Source of the DNA: an uncultured Chloroflexia bacterium
Lineage (GTDB): Bacteria; Chloroflexota; Anaerolineae; Anaerolineales; DRKV01
DNA: 64,000 nt
Assembly: GCA_963824065.1 (NCBI GenBank)
Contig: CAWGNX010000001.1
Location: forward strand, 435,825-499,824
Reading direction: 5' to 3'
In this document: positions 57,915 to 64,000 of the stretch, piece by piece
How the letters are laid out: every line of letters begins with the position of its first letter
How positions within the stretch are numbered: the first letter of the stretch is position 1
The notes under the pieces: generated by a model
What the model was told of the DNA's origin: nothing
Databases searched by the model: none
Seen by the model: the letters and a program-made list of their open reading frames with translations, nothing else
Position numbers and translations under genes: made by a program

Positions 57915-58673
57915 TCAGGGTGGGGGTGTCCGTAATGCTTCAGGGCAAACCGGCACGGCATCCGGGTTATTATTGGCGTTCAACGCTAGCCCAAAATACG
58001 GAGACGGATCAAGGGTATTTGTGATCTCCAGCTCATTCAGAAATTTACCATCCCCGTCATCGATCACAATCGAAAAATGCAAATGGACGCCTACCGGGTT
58101 ATTGGGGTCCCCAGAATAATTTCCCTGGTAACCCAACAGTGTTCCAGCTGGAACAAAGACCTCGTTCGTCCCGGCTGGAAAATCAGGGAGGATATACGAC
58201 TCTTCCCCGCGCTCATTCGCCAGATGCGTGTAATACATCCAGATCTGGCGTTTGGGCAGCAGCGGGTCTTCTGGAATGCGGATGATCAACGATGATTTCC
58301 AGGTTTCCAGGCGTGTCAGATAGCCATCAAATGCCGCGTACACTGGCGTCTGGCCGCTTTCTTCACCACCAAAAATATCCAGTCCCTGGTGGCGGTGGCC
58401 CGGGTAAAACGAATCATCCCAAAGAAAGCCAATGAATCCGTTCGAAGGCATGCGAAAAGGGGCTTCCCTGCAGCGTTCCAGCGCGACCACCTGCCAGCCC
58501 TGGCGGTCGCCACCGCCGCGCAGCCATTCCAGCACTTGCGCTGTGCGCGGTGCGGTGTCCACAGCTCGGGGCAGCCCCACAGCGCTGCGTGCCAGAAAAA
58601 ACATGACCAGCCCCATTACAGGGATGGACAGCAGCAAGAGCAAACGCCGTATACCGGAAGCTGAGTTGCTCAT
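57915..58673 (-). CDS. M23-family metallopeptidase, membrane anchored
   Basis: HQGLDIF..., AAFDGYL and GVHLHFSI are present. The start is set at MSNSASGIRRLLLLL (58673). Confidence 0.8.
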   Translation of the reverse strand: MSNSASGIRRLLLLLSIPVMGLVMFFLARSAVGLPRAVDTAPRTAQVLEWLRGGGDRQGWQVVALERCREAPFRMPSNGFIGFLWDDSFYPGHRHQGLDIFGGEESGQTPVYAAFDGYLTRLETWKSSLIIRIPEDPLLPKRQIWMYYTHLANERGEESYILPDFPAGTNEVFVPAGTLLGYQGNYSGDPNNPVGVHLHFSIVIDDGDGKFLNELEITNTLDPSPYFGLALNANNNPDAVPVCPEALRTPPP

Positions 58674-58799
58674 TCGCTCCTGTCTTGCGCTGGTTCTTTC
58701 CAAATCGCCAGCCAGGCAGTCTGCGCCTGCGGATTTGGACCAGGCAACACCACCCGCTCCCACCCAGGGCCAGCATCCGCACCGCTGGCATACACCATA

Positions 58800-59273
58800 T
58801 CAGGGTTTGGTGACATTCAGGATTTCCACTTCAACCGCCCGGCCAATTTCCTCGGGCCTGATAAACAAAAGCGCGTTTTCAGCCCCACCGCCGGCATATA
58901 CCTGGCTTTCTGCCAGCACCTGTGGATCAAGCAAAGTCCGCAGTGTATTTTGGTGACCGAACGGGGGCAGTGCACCGACGCGGTAACCCGTCAAGGCCAG
59001 TACTTCCTCAGAGGTTGCCAGGCGCACGCGCTTGCGGGATACCCCATAACGGGCGGCGACTGCCGGGAAGTCAATTCGCCGCTCGCCATTCGTCACAATC
59101 ACCAGTGGTTCCCCTGCAACCATCACCAGGATTGATTTTACAATCTGGTCCACGCGGCAGCCAACAGCCTGGGCGGCAGCAGCAACCGTTGGCGTGGGTA
59201 CATCCTGGTAAATCACCTGGGCGGACAAGCCAAGCGCGCGGCAAACCGTCTCCAAATCAGACCCGCTTCTCAT
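58800..59273 (-). CDS. YbaK/EbsC-type aminoacyl-tRNA editing (deacylase) domain protein
   Basis: ...IVKSILVMVAGEPLVIVTNGERRID...GYRVGALPPFGH... is typical of the family. The start is set at MRSGSDLE (59273). Confidence 0.8.
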   Translation of the reverse strand: MRSGSDLETVCRALGLSAQVIYQDVPTPTVAAAAQAVGCRVDQIVKSILVMVAGEPLVIVTNGERRIDFPAVAARYGVSRKRVRLATSEEVLALTGYRVGALPPFGHQNTLRTLLDPQVLAESQVYAGGGAENALLFIRPEEIGRAVEVEILNVTKP

Positions 59274-59631
59274 CAACCTCCTGGGATTTCCGGCCTGCGG
59301 CATCAGCATACGCCTGGATGTTTTCGAGCTCATCTTCCAAGTGTTGGGCAAACAGCAGGCTCATTTTCCCACCGGCCAGCCGCTGCAGAATCCGGCCGGC
59401 AGCCTGCCCAGAAGGCGATTCCATGGCCCTTTCCAGCTCTTCGCGCTCATCAAAATACAGCTCGTGGATAAACGCGGCCTGGATGTCGCCGTAAATCTGG
59501 CCGACTGTCCAGCTCGTGGTTTCCCTGCGCAGACCCGGCATGGCTTCGGCTTCATGCAAGAACAAGGGCCAAAGCTGTTCGAATGTGTCCCCTTCGGGAG
59601 GAGTTTCAACGATGATAATCAGCTTATACAT
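59257..59631 (-). CDS. EthD-family (TIGR02118-like) protein
   Basis: MYKLIIIVETPPEGDTFEQLW...PGLRRETTS...IHELYFDEREELERAMESPSGQAA. Confidence 0.7.
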   Translation of the reverse strand: MYKLIIIVETPPEGDTFEQLWPLFLHEAEAMPGLRRETTSWTVGQIYGDIQAAFIHELYFDEREELERAMESPSGQAAGRILQRLAGGKMSLLFAQHLEDELENIQAYADAAGRKSQEVDEKRV

Positions 59632-60031
59632 GCTTTTCCTGGGATATTTTCCTTATCCAGAATTATACTCAATCCGCCTGCCTCTCGCAGGTTCCCGCGC
59701 CGCGCTGCCACAACCCCGTCCTGTTTGCCTAAGGTGAGGTTAGAATTTTATCCACGACATTCGCTTAAGGTGAATGACCGTAATAACAGCGGTCGCAACC
59801 CATGCCAATTTTCCGCAAGAAGTAGTGGAGATGAACGGCTCGCGGGATTGCCCATCCAGCTGTACCAGTACACAGCCCACAGTCGCGGCTGCCGGGCAGC
59901 CGCCTGAATTCAGGACATTAATGCAACAAACTTGATCATTAACCTGAAATGAAACTATTGGCACAGACGACTTAAAAAGTGGTAAGATATCGCTGTTTAT
60001 CGGCATCTCAGGAGGTTGAACGAGGTGTGTA

Positions 60032-60505
60032 ATGGAAATTGAAGACAAAATTACGATCATCGAAGGCCCACCCCCAACATTCGAAGCAGTGACGGATGGG
60101 TGGGTTTTGGGTCTCAGCGAGGGGCCGCTGCTGGCCGAAATCGCAATGACCCGCCTGCGAACCTTCAGTGGTCCGGCCCTGGTTGAGCGTTGCCACCGGG
60201 CCTGGCGCCATCAGCAGACGATTTTCCTGGAATTCCGGACGGAAGATGGTTTTCAGCAGCAGGCCCCGATCCTCGCCGCCCGGCATATTTCGACTGAGGA
60301 TGGTGATGTACTGCTGCTTTGGATCCGCCTGAGCAGCGACGAAGTTGAACTCGAATTGCATTACGATAGTGATGATATGGATGACGATGAACTCGATCTC
60401 GATTTCGATGATGACGATGATTTTGATGACGAATTCGATGATGACGATGATGATGACGATTTGATTGATTTTGATGACCTGGAAGGCCCCCAGTCGCTTT
60501 CCTGA
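60032..60505 (+). CDS. Hypothetical protein with an extreme poly-Asp C-terminal tail
   Basis: GAGG lies 6 nt upstream of the ATG. A globular part of about 110 aa is followed by DSDDMDDDELDLDFDDDDDFDDEFDDDDDDDDLIDFDD, and a terminator follows the gene. Confidence 0.6.
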   Translation: MEIEDKITIIEGPPPTFEAVTDGWVLGLSEGPLLAEIAMTRLRTFSGPALVERCHRAWRHQQTIFLEFRTEDGFQQQAPILAARHISTEDGDVLLLWIRLSSDEVELELHYDSDDMDDDELDLDFDDDDDFDDEFDDDDDDDDLIDFDDLEGPQSLS

Positions 60506-60528
60506 ACCTCCCGGTACGGTATTCCCGG

Positions 60529-60566
60529 CGTGGGCGTCTGGCAGCAGGCGCCCACGTTTGTTTTCT
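60529..60566 (+). terminator. Intrinsic terminator
   Basis: An 8-bp stem CGTGGGCG / CGCCCACG is followed by TTTGTTTTCT. Confidence 0.65.
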
Positions 60567-60936
60567 GTGGGTCGACGGCAGTTGGGCATGATCCCCCGCC
60601 GGGAACATTGTGGGTGTGGGGGCCAGAGATTATCAAATGCGCTTACCCTGCTGTGAGGTCCCCTTTTCTTCTCGCCGCAGCCAGCCTGTGTTAAACTTTG
60701 ACCAACAGGTATTTCCAGGAATTAAACCTGTCACCATTTTTGAATTAGTAATCAGCAGGATCGCGTCATCGCGCCCAATTCACGCAGGGGTCAGAACTTG
60801 CATTTGCCCCACACCATCAGGTTTGTGTGCGTAGATCACATAACCCGCCAAACAATCATCTTTTTCCAGGTCATGTAGCTGAAGTAAAACTGCATACAAC
60901 CCCCTGACTGTTGGATTCTTAAAGAGGAGACCCTCC

Positions 60937-61722
60937 ATGGAGACTGACGAATTTATCGCATTGGAGCGCCGTGATGGTGTAGTGGTGCTGTCCCTCAACC
61001 GGCCTAAAGCCAACGCGTTTAATTTTCAAATGATCGCAGAGTTGCGCAGCGCACTAAAAAATGCGGCCCGCGATCCCGCAACGAGGGTTGTTTTGCTGAC
61101 CGGTTCGGATCATATTTTCAGCGCCGGGCAGGATGTCAAAGAATTTGGACAGGCCGCAGAGGATGGTGAGCTGTCATTCCGCCAGCACCTGCAGCGAACC
61201 TACAACCCCCTTATCCTCCAGATCCGCCAGCTCGAGAAGCCTGTTCTCGCCGCAGTGAACGGCCCGGTGGCTGGCGCCGCCCTGGGCATTGCTTTGGCCT
61301 GCGATTTGCGGATTGCTGCGGACAACGCCCGGTTTGTGGTAGGTTTTTTAGGGATTGGCCTGGCTCCTGACTCCGGGGTCTCATTGTTCCTGCCTGCCCT
61401 CATCGGGATTGGCCGCGCGGCAGAATATGCTTACAGCAACCAGCCCATTTCTGCCGAACAGGCCCTGACCTGGGGTCTGGTAAACCGGATCGCGCCAGCT
61501 GCCGAGCTGGAGCAGCAGGCAAATGCCTGGGCTGCTGAGCTGGCAGAGGGTCCGGTCCAGGCGATGGGACTGGCCAAACGCGATTTTAATCGTTCGGTTT
61601 ACCCGCATCTGGAGCAGGTGCTCGATTATGAAGCCCATATCCAGGAAATCGCCGGACACGGTCCGGATCACCGTGCTGGCCTGGCCGCTTTCATCGAAAA
61701 ACGCCCCGCCAAATACACTTGA
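60937..61722 (+). CDS. Enoyl-CoA hydratase/isomerase family protein
   Basis: LNRPKANAFN...FSAGQDVKEF...GPVAGAALGIALACD. GAGGAG lies 7 nt upstream of the ATG. Confidence 0.9.
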   Translation: METDEFIALERRDGVVVLSLNRPKANAFNFQMIAELRSALKNAARDPATRVVLLTGSDHIFSAGQDVKEFGQAAEDGELSFRQHLQRTYNPLILQIRQLEKPVLAAVNGPVAGAALGIALACDLRIAADNARFVVGFLGIGLAPDSGVSLFLPALIGIGRAAEYAYSNQPISAEQALTWGLVNRIAPAAELEQQANAWAAELAEGPVQAMGLAKRDFNRSVYPHLEQVLDYEAHIQEIAGHGPDHRAGLAAFIEKRPAKYT

Positions 61723-61738
61723 GTCCGTGACAGGCGCG

Positions 61739-62566
61739 TTAACCGGAGCGCATTGAGATCGTCATAAACACCAGGAAGCCGTAGAACCCAAGGATAATCA
61801 GGCCGGCGATCCAGGCTGCATTGGGATTGCGCCGGTTATAAATCTGGTAGCCTGCGGAATCCTCGCGCACCCCTAGTACCGGTCCGGCTACGAACGCAAA
61901 CATCCCACCTGCCAGAAAACCGCCCAGGTGCCCCCAGTTATCAATGGCCGGTGACAGGCCGATGACGAAGTTCACCACTGCCAGGAAAATCACGTTCATC
62001 AGCGCCTGGCGGCTCGCATTTCCAAGGATTGCCCGGTTTTGGTAAAAGAACATCCCCTGGGCAGCAAACAAGCCAAAGATTGCGGTTGAAGAACCCAGGG
62101 ATGGATTGGGCGTAAAGATAAACGAAAATACATTTCCGCCAAAGCCACTCACCAGGTACAGGGCTAAAAATGGACCTCGCCCGTAAAATCGCTCAAGCCC
62201 GGGGCCCAAAATCCACAAGGCATACATGTTAAACCCGATGTGCAGCAGCGAGCCGTGCAACAGCATCGGAGTAATCAGCCGCCAGTACTGTCCATTTTCA
62301 ATCAGTTGATTGACTTTACTGCCATACAGGGCCGGCAGGTCATAGCCCAGCACACTCTGGCTGAGGACCTGCATCAGGTAAATAAAAATCGTAAAAGCCA
62401 GAATGCTATAAGTCACGACGGGCCTGGCGCGCGGCCCGGCAGCCTGCAGCCGGGTTGGCTGGGCTGCTGGTATTTCACCCGCAGGGGGGAGGTGGGGGGG
62501 ATCGGGTTGTTCGTTCAGACCAGGGCCAGTGGGACGCGGTTCGATGGGTGGGTCGTTGTGCTTCAA
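61739..62566 (-). CDS. Rhomboid-family intramembrane serine protease
   Basis: LHGSLLHIGFNM, GSSTAIFGLF (catalytic Ser) and HLGGFLAG (catalytic His). Confidence 0.85.
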   Translation of the reverse strand: MKHNDPPIEPRPTGPGLNEQPDPPHLPPAGEIPAAQPTRLQAAGPRARPVVTYSILAFTIFIYLMQVLSQSVLGYDLPALYGSKVNQLIENGQYWRLITPMLLHGSLLHIGFNMYALWILGPGLERFYGRGPFLALYLVSGFGGNVFSFIFTPNPSLGSSTAIFGLFAAQGMFFYQNRAILGNASRQALMNVIFLAVVNFVIGLSPAIDNWGHLGGFLAGGMFAFVAGPVLGVREDSAGYQIYNRRNPNAAWIAGLIILGFYGFLVFMTISMRSG

Positions 62567-63189
62567 AGAGTAACCTTTCGGGGGATTGTCCGGTGATGTT
62601 CAGCGGTGATGATTGCCATGATCGTGTCCACAGTTTCGTCCAGTAAGTCCTCTCGGTTAATAACTACGTAATCAAATTCGGTAACTCGCTTAAGCTCCTG
62701 GCGCGCTGTGGCAATGCGCAGCTTGAGGCCCTCCGGCGTTTCAGACTTGCGGGACGTTAGCCGGCTCACCATTTCTTCTTCGCTGCTGGTTGTCAAGAAA
62801 ATCAACAGCGCATCCGGTGACATTTCGCGAATCGTGGCGGCACCCTGCACATCAATCCGCATCACGACATCACACCCGCTGGCTAATGCTTCACGCACCT
62901 GGAACTTGGGGATGCCTTTGTAGTCGTTATACACAATGGCATATTCGAGCAGTTCGCCTTGATCAATCATCTCGGCAAACTCGTCCGATGTCAGGAAAAA
63001 ATAATCCTTGCCATGCACTTCTCCTGATCTACGCGGCCGGGTGGTGGCTGTGACGACAAAATGGAAAGGTAGTTCGCGTTCTTTCATCCGCTGCAGTACG
63101 CTGTCCTTGCCAACCCCTGATGGACCGGAAATCACAATCAACAGCGGGAACGGAGTGAGTGGGTTAAAGGGATCTTTTTCGTTGCTCAT
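62563..63189 (-). CDS. gmk: Guanylate kinase
   Basis: P-loop SGPSGVGKDS and the TTRPRRSGEVHGKDYFF motif. Confidence 0.9.
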   Translation of the reverse strand: MSNEKDPFNPLTPFPLLIVISGPSGVGKDSVLQRMKERELPFHFVVTATTRPRRSGEVHGKDYFFLTSDEFAEMIDQGELLEYAIVYNDYKGIPKFQVREALASGCDVVMRIDVQGAATIREMSPDALLIFLTTSSEEEMVSRLTSRKSETPEGLKLRIATARQELKRVTEFDYVVINREDLLDETVDTIMAIITAEHHRTIPRKVTL

Positions 63190-63248
63190 CTGGGTAACTC
63201 TTAAGTTTTCTGATTATAATTCCATTTGAAGCTATCATCGGAGGAAGC

Positions 63249-63635
63249 ATGCCAAATTACGATTACCGGTGCCTGGATTGCAAACGCCGTTTTGAAGTCT
63301 TTCTGCCTTACGCTGAGTACGGCAGGCAAAAGGTTACCTGCCCGCACTGCCAGAGCGAAAACATCCAGCGGAAGATTGGGCGTGTGCGCATCGGGCACTC
63401 TGAAGAAAGCCGACTGGACAGCTACTCGGATCCTTCTATGCTTGAGGGACTGGATGATGATCCCAAGGCCCTGGGTCGCATGATGCGCCAGATGAGCCAG
63501 GAGTTGGGCGAGGATATGGGTCCAGAATTCAGCGAAGTCGTCAACCGGTTAGAAGCCGGTCAGTCACCCGATGAGATTGAGGCTTCGATGCCCGATCTGC
63601 CCGGTGACGACAGCTTTGCCGGCGAGGACTTTTAA
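63249..63635 (+). CDS. FmdB-family zinc-ribbon protein with an acidic tail
   Basis: MPNYDYRCLDCKRRFE...VTCPHCQSENIQRKI. Confidence 0.75.
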   Translation: MPNYDYRCLDCKRRFEVFLPYAEYGRQKVTCPHCQSENIQRKIGRVRIGHSEESRLDSYSDPSMLEGLDDDPKALGRMMRQMSQELGEDMGPEFSEVVNRLEAGQSPDEIEASMPDLPGDDSFAGEDF

Positions 63636-64000
63636 CCCTGGGACGGCAGGGCAGGCAGCCGCTCTAAGATCGCCCGCCGCAGGTCCGCCTGGACGCGCTC
63701 GAAAGCCTGTCCAGCATCGACCACTAACCAGCGTTCCGGCTCGGCCTGCACCAGCTTGTGATACCCTTCACGGACACGGATGTAGAACATACGTTCGAAT
63801 GAATCGAGCCGATTCCATTCCCCGCCTGCCACCCGTCGCTGTAAACCCACATCTGCCTCCAAATCCAGCAGGCATGTAAGGTCTGGCTTCAGGCCGCCGG
63901 TAGCAAACTCAATAATCCCGTGCAGCTCATTCAGGTCGCGCTGGTATCCATAACCCTGGTAGGCCAGAGTCGAATCGGCGAACCGGTCGCAAAGCACGAT
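63632..64000 (-). CDS. tmk: Thymidylate kinase (C-terminal part; the gene continues beyond the window)
   Basis: ...LCDRFADSTLAYQGYG...PDLTCLLDL... is typical of dTMP kinase. The frame is open to the window edge. Confidence 0.85.
   Translation of the reverse strand: MVLCDRFADSTLAYQGYGYQRDLNELHGIIEFATGGLKPDLTCLLDLEADVGLQRRVAGGEWNRLDSFERMFYIRVREGYHKLVQAEPERWLVVDAGQAFERVQADLRRAILERLPALPSQG

Noticed and set aside
60008-60636. Three overlapping minus-strand ORFs (193, 147 and 91 aa) with poly-Ile, poly-His/Arg and poly-Ser tracts
   Set aside because: They are reverse-complement artefacts of the GAT/GAC (poly-Asp) tract in the plus-strand gene 60032..60505.
60780-61013. 77-aa minus-strand ORF sharing the palindromic CCATGG with the start of the enoyl-CoA hydratase gene
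   Set aside because: It overlaps the SD and start of a well-supported gene, has no SD of its own and has no recognisable family. It is probably fortuitous.

Overview
This 64-kb chromosomal window comes from a moderately GC-rich bacterium. Gene content and protein sequence character suggest a Chloroflexota/Anaerolineae-like organism, but that is inference and cannot be verified here.

The first 38 kb is mostly core housekeeping. It holds the conserved minus-strand block tRNA-Thr/Tyr/Thr, tuf, rpmG, tRNA-Trp, secE, nusG, rplK, rplA, rplJ, rplL. It also holds rlmB, cysS and a PIN/TRAM gene, serS with a T-box leader, lysS, greA, ugd, hutU, a two-component system, glycosyltransferases, MscS and VanW.

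The second half is more accessory and envelope-oriented:
- three tandem M42 aminopeptidases
- two solute-binding lipoproteins with no transporter partners nearby
- a tandem pair of LysM-M23 peptidases duplicated together with their promoter, plus a third M23 gene
- a secreted protein built from 14 tandem repeats, probably a double beta-propeller
- a divergently transcribed DUF697-like/zinc-ribbon membrane protein
- an AAC(3)-like acetyltransferase, crotonases and an SDR
- a small protein with an extreme poly-Asp tail

I found no rRNA, CRISPR array, transposase, integrase or prophage genes.

Two sequence-level peculiarities stand out. First, seven single-nucleotide frame disruptions hit six otherwise intact conserved genes (tuf, rpmG twice, cysS, serS, a Cys/Met PLP enzyme, a GDPD). 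Most sit at homopolymer runs, so sequencing or assembly indels are the likeliest cause. Second, a HIT-family gene carries three in-frame stop codons and no frameshift, which looks like a genuine pseudogene.

The regulatory RNAs I can support are a serS T-box and an rplJ leader with mutually exclusive terminator and antiterminator helices. I did not find a clearly novel multi-gene system; the repeat-protein/DUF697-like pair is the best candidate for something uncharacterised.
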